This document shows, in pieces, positions 1 to 13,429 of a DNA stretch of 64,000 nt. Each line of letters begins with the position of its first letter. The stretch's first letter is position 1. The DNA comes from Balanoglossus misakiensis (Eukaryota; Animalia; Hemichordata). Below the pieces are notes generated by a model that searched no databases, was not told the origin of the DNA, and saw only the letters and a program-made list of their open reading frames with translations. The position numbers and the translations under genes were made by a program. Location: positions 4,108,735-4,172,734 of the forward strand of contig CM082592.2 of the NCBI GenBank assembly GCA_040954595.2, read 5' to 3'.

Positions 1-181
1 TCACATGTAAATGTTAACAAGAAGAGTGGAGTTTGTTCACAGTTGACCAGTGTTTACGCATGTTTCAATACGTCAAACGGCATATACAACATTTCGTACC
101 AAATAAAGTTGACGAAAAAGTTCAAGAGAGAGAGGGCGACTTTTTAATTTTGCTAATCCAATTCTTCTGCGCTATCTCCAG

Positions 182-3100
182 CCTATGTGTATAACTGAAG
201 CAAAGAATCAAGACGGAGTGATTCTCTTGGACAAAGGGTGCAAGGAATCAGAGGTAAGGCGAGACACACACACGAGCTTTAATTCGGCCTTCCGCAAATT
301 GATTCAAATCCTCAACAGATATATTTTCTTTTTTTAACAAACTCAGCGGCTTTGACCTCCCCTGTGGAAGCCATTGTAGACTGTTGTTGACCGTGCGTAC
401 CGAATGAACAATATCAATATCAAAGATCCCGGACGAGCCCCCAATTTGTTACGGCACGCTGGCCGTTCAGTTCCGAAACAGAGCAGTGAGCAAAGATAGA
501 CTTACTGAATGTCTCGCTTTGATGAACCAATCAGCGCAGCACGCAACAAAGACGGTCAACAATAGTCACACCACAACGTTATTTCCTTACTTATGGAAAC
601 TTTTAATTATTAAAACTAAAGCATTGATAAATATAAACTGATTGTGCACTGAAAAAAAACACACAAAAATAAGTGACTACCTTAAATGTGACTAGGTGTG
701 GAAATAAAAGACTAAAGTCCAATGTTCCGTAGCTTACGGCGAACGCGACAACAGCGCGTCAGTTCCGACGGCGAAGTTCAGTCCGAGTAGCGCTCTGGCA
801 AAAATCCACCGGTAGACTGCACGGCTTCCAGACAAGTACAACATGAGACGGCACAGTTTCTAGACGCGGCTTCCAAACACGGCTTCCTAGAACGGCTTTT
901 AAGCCAGCTGGTTAGAACGGAACGGACTCACACTCGCCAGTTCAATTAGCAGTTACGCCGCAACGTGGTCGGCAACGTGCAGGCTTTTATACGAGAACAA
1001 ATACTGTAATGAATTCATCACACCTGGTAACAATATTCAAATAACGAAAGTAAACGATAAACACACCTGGTCACGAAAACAATAGAAAACCTATCCTACT
1101 TAACACGATAAAGTGTAGTTGTCGAGGCAATGTCCTTTGGCATTGACGCTTTGGAGAATATCAACAACACAGTTCGACAATGTATCGATAAAGAGTTCAA
1201 ACTACGGAATTGCGATGTATTTTTCAGTTGTAAGACAAACAAGAGCTTTTCAAGAATGGAAGAAAACACAGTCCATTTGTTAATTTTAATTGGTAAGTGG
1301 CGTATCCACAAATACTGGTTGCTTGATAATAAAAATGCCCCTGACATTGTAAATCTGGTCTACAGGCATGTCTGAACAACGAGGCGAGCAATCCACCGGA
1401 GTGCGCCGACGGCTTGGTGGCCAACAAATGTCGGTACTGCTGTGCGGAGTACGATCTGTGTAACAATGAAACACTCAACTTCACCGCCATCGGTAAGATA
1501 GACTAAGAGATGAAAAAATCACGCCACGCCGTATCATGTTATTTCACAGTACACGACGCGTGCATTATATTCACGGGTCGTTGATGACGCATATCAACGC
1601 AGTTCATAGACTCTCTCACAGCCCTCGGTTCGCTACAAGGCTCTTCACTGACGCGCCCTCAACCGTTTGGCAAGGGAGAAGCAGCGTTTGGTGTTGTGTA
1701 GCGAACCTCTCGCCGGGCACACATGCAATCAGTCCATGAGCCTGCATGGACGACGAGAGGGGCTGTGAGAGAGTCTACTCAGTTCATAGCAACGTTTGAT
1801 AATTACATGTTCATCTCACTCTTATCATGCATACCACTACTTAGGGCGTGGTACATTGAAATCTTTCCCGTTTGTCGTGGCGTGCTATCGGCTTGCTCTG
1901 AGAGAATAGCTGGATTAAACCTGCCAGGTTATCGTGTCATGTTTCATAAATATACATGCGAACTTTAATAAACCAGATGGATATTCATAAACTGTGAAAT
2001 GTATTTCTTCATTTTCAGATACCTGCGATGAAGGTGGCGAGAGCGGCGAGAAAGAACCGACCGGACAATGTTATTCATGCAGCGGGAAAACGAGCAATGA
2101 CGATTGTATGGATATTGAAGACTGTACCATGAATGACGTAAGTATGAGTAAATTATAAGTCAGCTATAATGAAAAAAAAAACAGCAAATGTTTACATGCT
2201 TCCTCTTATTGGGGTATATACAGATTCTTGGGGTGCATTGCTAAAACATTCAACAAATAAAATGATTTCTGTTCATGAGCGTGTGTTGAAAATGCAAGTG
2301 CTACTGTTAAATAGCAGTTTTTGATCTGGTCAGTTGATATTAAAAATAATCATTCACAATACGGTAACTATATGATTAATTAATAACTGTTAAGATTATA
2401 AATAATTGTAACCATAGATCATATACAGAGATCAGAGTCGCACCATGTCTTGTACTCAAATCAAAGCCAACATGGCAAACGCCAATTGCAAGAAATGTCG
2501 TTAATGCAACTGTCTACTCACTGTTTTTTTTTGACAGCCCGGATGTCAGACTGAATTGACCAATGTTGGTGGGATCGTCTACATTTCGAAAAGGTGTAAA
2601 CAAAGAAATGTAAGTAGGTACATATATTATGTGAGGGTGGGTGAGAGGGAGGGGGAGAGAGATGGAAAGTAAGAGAGATAGAGAGAGAGATATGCAGTGC
2701 ATTTGTTACTACTACGTCGATATTTCATGCTATTAATTATCTGTTTGTGTTGATAATCTGTCAGTCGTGTGAAAATAATCAAGACAACAACAAAGACGAG
2801 TGCGCGGACGGGATCGTCGAACAGAAATGCCAATATTGTTGTATTGGAGATCTTTGCAATGGTGAAGACCCTACTTTTGAGGAACAAGGTAAGCTTTCAG
2901 GGAACTGATGCGTCCTATCTGGACCTGCCTATTGCCTGTAGGGCTACGGGCGCGTAAACACACAAGGTACGAAATCTGTGGTCTGGGCCAAACAGACAAG
3001 ACTACTTTAAAGGCAATAGATCGTCTCACGCGCATGCGTAGGCTATAGCCAGCAAATGTTCAGCAAATTTTCCGTTCGATGCATTCAAATAGTGGACTGC

Positions 3101-4588
3101 CTTCGCTTCCTTCCATATTTCATGCGCACCGTATAAGTAGATTCTGGTTTTGTCCCTCCTTTCCACGCAAGCCGGTGTCTTTTCACGCGATCTTCGACAC
3201 AGATTATGGTCGCCGCCATCTTGTCTGTTGTTAGGACAGAGCACTGCCTTATGGGATTGACTGTTCACTAAACGTCTGTAACTAGCGGCTTCGGTTGGAA
3301 CATGCGTGTGAGACGAGCTAGGCGCTTTAAAGTAGACATTTTACTTCACATGACCGAAAATTTATAAATATATCCGAGGAATGTAGTAATGTTTATTCAA
3401 ATGTTCTGTTACAGCTATCGAGTGCGGTCCTTGGGGAAACTGGTCCGCATGCGGCTTTGACTGCAGCAGAACGCGAGACAGGACCTGCGTTTACACCGTC
3501 GATGGGTTTGAATATGTGGAGACGGATATGGAGGCTTGTGAAATAGAAGGAATCGACTGCAGTAAGCTATCTTATGTTATGTGCTATAATATCTCAGGCA
3601 ATGTTACATCACTTGTTCTTGTGTATCACGTGACTGCATCTCAGCCAATCACGTGCTCTGAATAATGCATAATGCGCAAGATGTGATAAATAGCGCATAT
3701 CCATCATTTGCACCGTTATAACCGTAACCACAAAATATATTCCGATGTATATACACGAATTGAGACTACATTGACAATTGTTTCGCATTTTTTTCCGTCA
3801 TAGCCCTGTTGTGTTACGTATGCGAAGGTGAATATGACAACGCGGTGTGCAGGGATTTGTCGGATTGTCCGGTCGGGCAGTTCTGCCAGAACGTCATGGA
3901 GGGAGACTGCAATGGAGACGTTTTCGTTGCCAAAGGGTGAGTGAAGGCCCGGATGTTAAGATGCATAAAAACGAAAATGGGGGGGGGGGGCATATTAAAT
4001 GTCACAAAACTGTGAATTTGAAAGTTGTTTGGGTATACATAATTGAATGTTTTACTATTAGCAACACACGTAAAAATGATCTAGGCGGACGTTACATACT
4101 GCTATACATGTAGCTGTTATACCACGTGGCAAATCCCTAATACCAATATTAATTGTATATAAGTTTGTATAAATATGTAGAAAAACATAACAGAACCCTC
4201 ACGCACTATATAGTATAATATCACGTTAGTGAATTTGTCCATTTAATGTCCATGTTTTGTGTTGATTGCATGACACGTAATATATAGGTACCAGAGCACC
4301 GCGCTTTAAACTGTCACTTCCTCTTGCAGATGCCAAGTCTACGACGAATGCGACGCGGCGACCAGGGCCAACCCGGAGTCTTGCGACCAGATCTCTCCCT
4401 TCGGCGATCTGACCGACTACCAGCTCGGCAACGGCGAAAAGTGCTCGTACTGCTGCACCGGGAACTACTGCAACGGGCCCCTGGTTCCCCGCGAGGCACT
4501 CCAGGTCGGAGGCGGCGCCTCAGCAGTCCTCGCCGTTCCCGTGCTCGTGGCGATCAGCGCTGCTCTCGGCGTGGTGGTGAACAGATAA
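182..4588 (+). CDS. Multi-Ly6/uPAR (three-finger) + TSP1-like domain protein with C-terminal GPI-type signal; 5'-partial, 8 exons visible (350 aa)
   Basis: Exons 182-253, 1366-1492, 2019-2137, 2538-2609, 2765-2888, 3415-3561, 3804-3936, 4330-4588, all AG/GT bounded, splice in frame (1053 nt, ends TAA). LU C-terminal motifs CRYCCAEYDLCN, CQYCCIGDLCN, CSYCCTGNYCN; N-terminal CYSC/CYVC; TSP1-like CGPWGNWSACGFDCSRTRDRTC; hydrophobic tail GGGASAVLAVPVLVAISAALGVVVNR*. Confidence 0.88.
447..1105 (-). mobile_element. Solo-LTR-like element in the first visible intron of the Ly6 gene, same family as 27893..28530 and 30906..31578
   Basis: Starts TGTTACGGCACGCTGGCCGTTCAGTTCCGAAACAG like the other copies and ends CTTAACA; shares the doubled CACCTGG motif and a minus-strand TATAAAA. 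More diverged; no TSD recognised. Confidence 0.75.
3007..3330. mobile_element. TTAA-flanked non-autonomous DNA transposon (MITE, Kolobok/piggyBac-type target)
   Basis: Imperfect TIRs TTAAAGGCAATAGATCGTCTCACGCGCATG ... CATGCGTGTGAGACGAGCTAGGCGCTTTAA; internal sequence (AAATAGTGGACTGCCTTCGCTTCCTTCCA, TATGGTCGCCGCCATCTTGTCTGTTG) recurs at 54722..55068. Confidence 0.75.
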
Positions 4589-7500
4589 ACGATGATGGCG
4601 CTGTTACATCTGCGACTGCAGCAGGTCACAACTAAACATTTATATATACATGTACGTGAAGAACACTAAACCTGCCGGTGTCAAATTCTCAACATCATTG
4701 TAATGCGAAATTCTACTTAAGAGAAGGCGCGCGACTTGATCTGTGTAAATAGGACACACGCAGACAGTTTGTAGTATTACCATAGCAACTTAACTCGTGT
4801 TTTGCTGTAAACTTGCTTAACGAAACTTTCACCTTTTATTAAGTCAAATTGCATAAAATCGAAGCCAATGGTAATGAGAGATGATTTATACCTCAAATGT
4901 CTTTTGAACTTCAAAATCCCAAAAAGAAAGTGAACGCGATCATATCCGAGTCCAAAAAGGGGTTAGAAATAGTGAAAACCTTTGTGTTTCCGAGTTACAG
5001 AATTTTTAATGGTGTGGGGGCACAAAACTGCTTTTAACGACGACGCAGATTCATGGCAACATTTGCGAAATAAAGCGCTATATATATAGGGCTGCGTACT
5101 ACTACATGACATGGGGTACACGTAGGATGCAATATTTATACACAATGAAGCGAAAAGTGTCATTTCTGCGAATAAATGTGATATTGTATCATGGTTACTC
5201 AGTCTCAGCCTCGTTAATATCTTACACTTATGTTTAATGACTAACCGGGCACGCGATCAACACAAGATGGTCCGGTGAATATTGTGAATCTTATCAGCAG
5301 TCACGCGATAGGGAATTAAAGTATAATCTGTGAGTGAGTGAGAAAAATTGGGCATTATTTCTTTTTATTAATGCGTTATTTTTAATTCACAAATTGTCAG
5401 TTTGTAAAGAAGATGGGGAATACGTTGTCAAAATCAAAATATTGTGATTTTGGGCAACATTTATGTCGTGTCATGATACAGTTTTGTATCCATTTTAGGC
5501 CAACGTTAATTAATGCCTCCGGTGACCATCATTTGCAAACCCTCATTTCCAGACGATATTGTGATCCATTTCTTGTAATGCCACGTGGACTGGCATTATT
5601 TGAGTTTAGAGAATGTATGATTTGAGCCTTCGGGCTTTTATTACAAACAGTTTGTGTGCAAATTCCTCTTTGGAATCGCACTTTTTGAATGTGCGTTATT
5701 AACGATCGGTAAGGCAACTCCATATTTATTTTCTGCAGTAAATAAATGTAATTGTCCGGGTTCTTTAATTTCACAGAATGAAATGATATTTGAATAAAAC
5801 GCCGTGTCTGAAAATAAGAAATTTTCAACTGAGAAACTGGTAAACGGCAAAATGCACTTCTTTGGGAATGAAATATTATTGATTTTCATAGCTGATTTGA
5901 TTTTTGAGTCTTAATGACTTACTTCTAATATTTGACGCCGGTCTTTGTAATTCTTATGATTACACCCCAGACCAATCTTTAGCCCAAAGCAAAAAAAGGT
6001 AAGTGCGTTTCGTACTTTTTTCACCCTACTTTTAGTAGCAAGGGTTTCGACAGAAGCCTGGGTGGAGAGAGAGAGAGAAAACCGATCATCTCATCACTAG
6101 TATCGTCCACACACTTTTAACTTCAGATGAGAAACACAAGATGGACCAGTCCGCTCAGTGGGCAGCCATGCGAAATAAGGGCACCCCTCCCTTGTAGCAA
6201 TTCGGAGTCTTTGACTGACCCTTTGGCCATGTATAACCATATGTAAATTATAGGTGTATAAATGGTAAATTTGGGGTCATTGGAAATCCTATGAGTATGA
6301 TGTGGTGGCCATGTGTCATTTCAGACTCAATATCGAATCACATGTGAATGCTAAAAGTGAACTTGAAAGTGACACGTTTTGAGTCTAGAACGATTTCCAC
6401 TAAAAGGGAAGTATATACCGGTATGTAGGTCGGCTGAATGATGCCAAAGTCACTTGATACGCGTGTCCGTCAATTCAGCTGGAGCTTGTAGGATACACGT
6501 ACATCAGACAATCGATAATAGAAGTCAGTATGTGTAAAACGTACTGGTAAATGATGTAAAAGTATGTGGGATTACTCCTAGTGTATTGTAACCAATACGT
6601 TCATTTGCTAAGTGAAGAGGGTACGACGAAATCGGCACTCTACACCAAAGAGAACTATACCATTATTGGAGTTATCTACACCTTGCCAATCAGTATGAGA
6701 TTGTATGTTTCATCTCGCTGATTCCAATTCAAAGTTTTGAAGTTTTCCCACATTGCGCTAAATGCAGCGGCTGTCACTCATCACGGCCGCGTTTCCACGG
6801 GGAATAATGACACCGTGCAAATTTACACAATCCCCTTTTTCTGAATACATGTACGTTCAGCACATTCTTGCGAGGCAACCGACAGAGTATCCGTGTTTTA
6901 AATTGTATAACGTTTGAAGAAAAAATGACGTTTGCTGTCCATCTTAACTCAACGTAAGCTTACAGTCAACCTCCATCCCTGGTTTCCATGGGAACCGCAA
7001 ATGCTGGAATTCAAATCAGTTTCTTCTTCAAGCATTTGTTTGATTCATTGTTTGTTTAAGGATACCGGAATGCTTTTGTAACTATTGGCGTCATAAAATG
7101 ACGCCGCAGAAGTCTGACCTCTCCCTGCACAATATCATGTCCTACTTATAAAACGCGTCCTAGATCTATTTATTGCCTTTATGACGCCGGCTGTAATAGA
7201 GACCTTTTATAGAAGTAATTGCATTTCTCGTGTGGTAATTCCTTCAAAACTCAATTCTCGGTCGCCTTACTTTGAAATGTTTCGCCCAGTCAACGCAATG
7301 CAAGTTATTGATTTGACGCTGAGAGAAATTGGGGGATATCGATGGTTTGGATATTTCGCGTTGCATTCAATCAACCTGGCGAGTCCTATGGAGCAACGTG
7401 CATTCAAAATGGACTTCCATTACCCTCATCTTTCGGTAATCATGATGAGTACCGTAGCTTGCGAGGTTCGCCTGGGAATTTCATTCCAAATTCCGAAAAA

Positions 7501-9227
7501 ATACCTATTTTCGTGCAAACCGTTTCTTGCTAAATGTTACGTATCCTCCAGTCGCGATATCTGTCGCAAGTAGAGCGTGCTTAAATTCTTTGCTATATTA
7601 AAGTGACAGGAGAGTATTTTTAAGACAAAGACGAAAACATGATGTTCACCGTTTTTTTCATAAAAAATATTACTTTTATTCTTCCCCATATTCTTAAATA
7701 TATGTATTTTTGGTAGCCATATTGAATTTCAAAATTGAAAATATTTCGCTCTGTCATTCACATTTATGCACGTTCAGCCCATATTTTTATCCTCAATTTT
7801 ACGCGAGAATATCCCAAAATTGCCTTGAGCGCGAAATATGAGAGAACGTTTAAGACTTTGATTTTCGAAGCGCTTTCTACCTGAATGTGATAATTTTAAG
7901 ATAATGGGAACGTAATCACGTTTCTCGCGTAATCAACCCGTGCTTCCGTGATAGACGGCGAAGGAGACTTACTATACGTGATAAAGCCCGTGGCTTTGTC
8001 TTGTGTGATGTTCCTTGGGGTTCAAAACGTCATGGTAAGAGTTCGTTATAAAGCGTTTTATTTAATCAGCGCGATTACTGGCAAACCGATACAATGGAAG
8101 TCTATATAACGTGAGCCGTGCGTTCTCATCCGGGTTTCTTGAGATGGCACAGAGAGGGAAAAAAGTAATTTGCATGCCCCACGGTTTCGTCCTGGTGTCA
8201 AATCACGCTACTTAAATCAAGCTTATGCTGGGATAAATAGATTACCCAACGCGAGAGGAAATTCGGTTAACGTTGTATAGATTGAAATGTGACCGGAATA
8301 CGTGCAGCAACCAAAGGTGACGAAGAAACCATTTCTCTGAGATTGAGATCCTATAGTAACGGTGAATGATGACTGATGGTGGGCATGTTCGTTGCATATA
8401 ACAAGATACAACTACAATTAAACAAACACACAAAAGTTCTACCCGCAATATTGTGCTGCTCTAAAAAAGCCAATTAAAGCAAACAAAAGATTCGCCTCTG
8501 TGATTTCTGTATTCACCGTCTCTATGGCAACCCACGGAGAGGTGCTATCACAACGTGGCAATCGCGAGACTTTCATAAATATTCGAGAATGCCACTGGAG
8601 CTATCGCAGACTTCTCGTGATATTAGAAGTCATTCAACGAGTGCTATGATGCGAACTAAAGAGCAGAAATGACGTGTACCTGTACGCAACCTGAGAGTTG
8701 CGTGTTTCCTCATCCGTTGCGGTGGCAACAGCGCTCGTAATGATTGACAGGCGCTGCCTTATACAAGACAGAACTTGAAGCGCATCATCTTTTGGTGAGT
8801 GTGTTCGTCACGTGTCCATGCAGTTAAGTAATGTGGGATCAATACTATACTTTGCCGTGTAAGTCAATGTTGCTCCACAGATTGTCGGCAGTCTTTTTTA
8901 CACTTCACCGTGATGTGCGAGATTGTGTTTTTGTCCTATCCAACATGAAACTTGTCCATTAGCGTAAGCGCGACTTTGTAACTCTTGCGCATTCAACAAG
9001 AGCTGAAAGACTTGCGAGAACCAAAAGTATGATTTGCGAAGATAGATTTTGCCTTCGATGCCAGCGATTGCAAAACACGATATGAATTCGACGCGTGATG
9101 GTTGACAGGCTGTGCTTGCGTCCGCTGTGATGGTTGTATGAAAGACCGTTAGACCAAAGGTTAGCAATCGTTCATGCTATTGCGGTTAGTGCACAGTACA
9201 GTGCCAATTTAACAAAGTATTCCAAAG

Positions 9228-10523
9228 ATGAACGCTTCGTCGTACACGTCGTCGGCTATGGGAGTCTTGCACTTAAACGCCACGCCATCCACCATGCCAT
9301 GGATAGGTACAGCGGCCGAGAGCTCTTCAACGTCCTCGCCAGGAATTACAGGTAGCCCCTGGCGCAACGAAAGCAATGCAGTGACACCGACCACTCTCTT
9401 CAATCTCACCGGCTCAGACGAGCCGACAATGGCGACAATTCAACTGAGCACCACAACTTTGTTTTCGATAATGGTGAGTAACTCTATCGTGGGTAACTTT
9501 AGTGACTACAACAGCACAGACGTCGACTCGACCGGCGACAGTTACAGAAGGCGGGAGAGATTACTCACCGCGCAGCAGACGTTTATCCTGAACGTTTTCA
9601 TCGGAGCCGTCGGGGTGATCGGCAACGCCTTTGTCTGTTTTGTGTTCGCCAGAGTCAGGAAGCTGAGAACCCTGGCCAACATTTTCATCATCAATCAGTC
9701 CATCGTCGATCTCTGCACGTCGACGGTGTTTTTGACCAAGAAGTGCATGCCCAGAAACGTGGTGATTCCCCGGGGAATACCGGGGGACATCCTGTGCAAG
9801 TTCTGGCAGTCTGGCTTCGTCGTCTGGTCTCTGGTCATGGTGTCCTCTTCGAACTTGACCGCGCTGACCCTGGAGAGGTACTTCGCCATCGTCCACCCGG
9901 TCAGGCACCGCCACAGCTACACGCTGAGAAAGGCCAAGGTCGCCATCTTCTTCGTCTGGCTGTCGGGGTTCGCCGCGGAGTTGTTCTGGGCCTTCGCGAA
10001 CTACAACACCGGCGCGGGGAGGTGCTCGGTGAAGTGGTACAGCTTCGCGGCCAAGAAGGCCTCCGGTGTGCTCTACTTCTGCCTGGAGTGGGGCTTTCCT
10101 ATGAGCGTTATGGCGTTCACGTACGTCTCTATCCTGGTAGTTTTGAAGCGTCGGACCAACACGAAACTGAAGCTGACAAAGGGGTCGAACTCGGACAGAA
10201 TCATGGAGCGCGCCTGTCGCAACGTCACCAAGACACTCGTCACCGTTTCGGTCGTGTACTCGATCTGTTGGACGCCGCAAGCTTGGGAGTACTTTCTCTA
10301 CAGCGTCACTGACCTGCTGCCGAACGTCAGTCCGATTGAAGAGATCGCAATACTGTTGGCCTTCTCCAATATGTGCGTCAACCCCTTCATTTATTCGCTG
10401 CAGTTCCGCCCGTTCAGAGAAGGGATCGTGAAAGCGTTTAATTGCCGCAAAAAGAAAGAACCCGCCACCCCGAAGACGGGGATTGAAAATATTAGTATGT
10501 CCATCAGTAATGAACAACCATAG
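9228..10523 (+). CDS. Intronless class A (rhodopsin-like) GPCR, galanin/allatostatin-A-receptor-like orphan
   Basis: 431-aa ORF with seven hydrophobic segments and motifs GN (TM1), IINQSIVD (TM2), ERYFAIVHP (TM3), CWTP (TM6), NPFIY (TM7); long Ser/Thr-rich N-terminus with several N-x-S/T sequons. Subfamily assignment is tentative. Confidence 0.93.
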   Translation: MNASSYTSSAMGVLHLNATPSTMPWIGTAAESSSTSSPGITGSPWRNESNAVTPTTLFNLTGSDEPTMATIQLSTTTLFSIMVSNSIVGNFSDYNSTDVDSTGDSYRRRERLLTAQQTFILNVFIGAVGVIGNAFVCFVFARVRKLRTLANIFIINQSIVDLCTSTVFLTKKCMPRNVVIPRGIPGDILCKFWQSGFVVWSLVMVSSSNLTALTLERYFAIVHPVRHRHSYTLRKAKVAIFFVWLSGFAAELFWAFANYNTGAGRCSVKWYSFAAKKASGVLYFCLEWGFPMSVMAFTYVSILVVLKRRTNTKLKLTKGSNSDRIMERACRNVTKTLVTVSVVYSICWTPQAWEYFLYSVTDLLPNVSPIEEIAILLAFSNMCVNPFIYSLQFRPFREGIVKAFNCRKKKEPATPKTGIENISMSISNEQP

Positions 10524-12862
10524 CATATTTTGATGTACATGTAGCCTACAAGCGAACAAGAGATTTCACAAACTTGATTCTTGACCTGGTGAAACGTTTC
10601 AAATTCGCGAGACTGGAGTTTATTTGGATTCATATTTACCGTGCACATTGGAAACACCCTGGGCGCCATTATTGAAACATATTTGTTAGGTTGTTTATTC
10701 CGTATTCTAAACACTTTCTTTAGCCATCCTCTGGCAATTAAGCGAAAGTCAAAGACCCTTGAACGATTTAAGACATGTTAATATTGTACCTCAGATATTT
10801 AGACTTCGTGAATAGTCAGCTTAGGCCAGTGTCGACGTATCGTCTTTGTTTTTAGGTCACAAAATTTTGCAAAAAGCGTAACTATATGAATTTTGATGCA
10901 GTAACGGTTCGTTGTATTTCGCATAGTACATTGTACAAACAACAAACGCACGTAGAGTACGATAACATTTCACGATCTTCATGTTTGTACGTCAACGTGT
11001 ATTCAGGCACATGTACTGTGCTGTGAGTTTTACAGAGTTAATTACCATGCAATTATCCCAAAAATAGTTCCAATAGTGTTAATTGTTGTTTGTATATTGC
11101 AATAGGCTGTCGACGATCATCACACTATCCGTAACTGTGTTCAGTCTGCTTTGTATCTTCAACCCACATACAGGAAACTTTGTTGAACACTATCACTGAT
11201 TCATGCGCACTACAGCATGCGATTATCCACACCTGTTATTTACGTTCCTTACCTGTAAACGATGTGTCTTTTGCAATTTGACACGGAATTATTTGTTTTA
11301 CATTTTGAAGCTTGCATTTCTGTACTCGTGCACGTGTTCAAATATTGACATGCAAAACCTCAACAAAGGCGTGAAAAGTAATAAAGTCGTATACTGCGGT
11401 TATGTTATTGACATCATCAGCGTGTTATATTTTTTAAGTACTCGGATAATATTGACTTTCGCAGAATTCTTGTAGACTCCAGCTAAATTGATGGACACGA
11501 GTCTAAAATTACAAACAGTTTAATTCTGCGTGAAAGTAAATGTGACGTTCAGTGCATGATTGAATCATTGTTCTCGCTCATTCCAGTTGAATCGGCAGAC
11601 ACGAATCTCCAGTCAAATGACGATACAATCCCCATATAAATCGATAGTTGTTACTGTGTTCATAGGAAAGGTGGAATATTGTCAGGGAAACAGATAAGGA
11701 GTTGACTATACGTTGCTTTCTATCATGCGTCAGGAAAAATAATTTCCTTGGAGGTAAGGGGGGGGGGGCGCTGCACTTTACGCGGCGACTATGGCTGAAT
11801 TTCGCACGACCATTTTCACTGTGGACTAAAATCAACGCATCAAGGTAACATACGGGCATTTTATTGGTTTCGAAACAATCTTCTGGTAGAATGAAGCGCC
11901 ACCTTCGCAAGAATTTTCCAGTTATTGCTTGCGCTGAGTTTGACTTGTTGCTTTATATATCTGCTTCAGTGACCACTAAATATAGTGTAAATGGCCATGG
12001 ACAAATATGATCGACGTTTTTAAACATCGGTTTTCATGCGCGTAAAGTAATGGCAGTTTTGACCCGATTCATTTAAGAATATTTCAATGATGCTTGACGC
12101 AACTAACTTTAAGCCCATCTTTTTATCGCGATGTGCACAGAGGCCGCTTTACCTAGATATGAGACGGTATATAAAGTACGTCGTTTGAGATGATTGCGAA
12201 CATTCTGGACTACAGCTGCATTGTTAGTTTTCAACAACAACAATGCCCAATGTACGTACATAAACATTGATAAAGACAGGATTTAAAATTTCAGAAAGCT
12301 CTTTCACGTATTGCAGGCTACGTCAATGTTTTCGCATTTCCAACGTGCTATTTATTTTCAGTCAGCCCACGTAACAGCTAGGCAAGTGCATATTTCCTTT
12401 GGTTGTCGGTCGACATAAAAGGGAATCGTTCTAGTGATATGACCGTGGCCCCTTTTTATTGCGGAAGCCCATTTTATCTAAAGATATTGTACCTGTATGT
12501 ATGTACATCGAGTCTTTACTCCATTTTTCGTCATTACTACCAACGGAAGAATCACAGAAATCACTATTGAAACTTGTTCATTTTCATATGGCACATTGCA
12601 AGGAATTGGGGTATCTTTGTATAGGGTGATGGGTAATAGCTTTTTCTGAGAAAGGTTTCCTATAATTCCACGAATAGCTCTATGGTCGATATGAAATCCG
12701 GCGATGTTTGCCTTAATTGAAAACTTGTTCAGCAGCAGTTCGGCATGAATTCAAAACGTTGAGGGCGCGCGATGTGTAATCACTAGAGACTAAATAATCT
12801 ATGCGTTCAAACACTATACTTTCTTCAGCAATTTCTTTTACCTACTAGACTGCTAGTACCCG

Positions 12863-13429
12863 TGTGACAAGCGCCCTCACGTGTCATCCTCGTGTCAGCG
12901 CAAGTAGAAAGCGCGATCGTGTGATTGCGATGGTTTTCAAGAGTCATTGTGCTAAGGCCTCTACCTCGGAGAGCGGGGGGGGGGGGGAATTATAACATTA
13001 CTTTATCGACAATATACCAAAATACAGCCACGTATTACCTCAAACTGCATATCCAACGTGTAGTCCACAGACAGCCACGTATTACCTCCAATGCAGTTCC
13101 ACAGTGACACGGAGACGCGCTCCCTCAGGACGGCTCCCAAATCCCACGCGGCGTCCTCGAAAACATCCACCACGACTTCACAAGTCCCTTCGGCAGTGTC
13201 AATCCTCAGCTACCACAGTAGACAGGCACTCCGTACGGTGGACTCCAAAACTCCTCCAAGGCGACGGCACAGCTACCAGACCAGAATCAAAATGAGCAAC
13301 ACGACAACGTGGCACTGGGTGGCTTTTATACGACCAAAACTAACACCTGGTCACGTTAATATGTTAAATAAAGAAATTAACATAGGTGCACCTGGCCACG
13401 AAACAAAACAAATAAGAAACTTCATCACA
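12863..13429 (-). mobile_element. Probable solo LTR of a related family; boundaries uncertain
   Basis: TGTGA...TCACA ends; right part carries GGCTTTTATA and CACCTGGTCACG / CACCTGGCCACG in the same arrangement as the TGTTACG LTR family; internal direct repeat CAGCCACGTATTACCTC x2. No clean TSD. Confidence 0.45.

Noticed and set aside
4324-4635. 103-aa Arg-rich ORF
   Set aside because: Wrong frame of the terminal Ly6 exon; the Cys-rich frame is the one consistent with upstream splicing.
7181-7573. 130-aa ORF
   Set aside because: No motifs, no GC3 bias like the true exons, no convincing splice context.
9561-10559. 332-aa antisense ORF and 189-aa alternative-frame ORF over the GPCR
   Set aside because: Shadow frames caused by GC-rich third positions; no recognisable motifs. 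The same applies to antisense ORFs over gene A and B exons.
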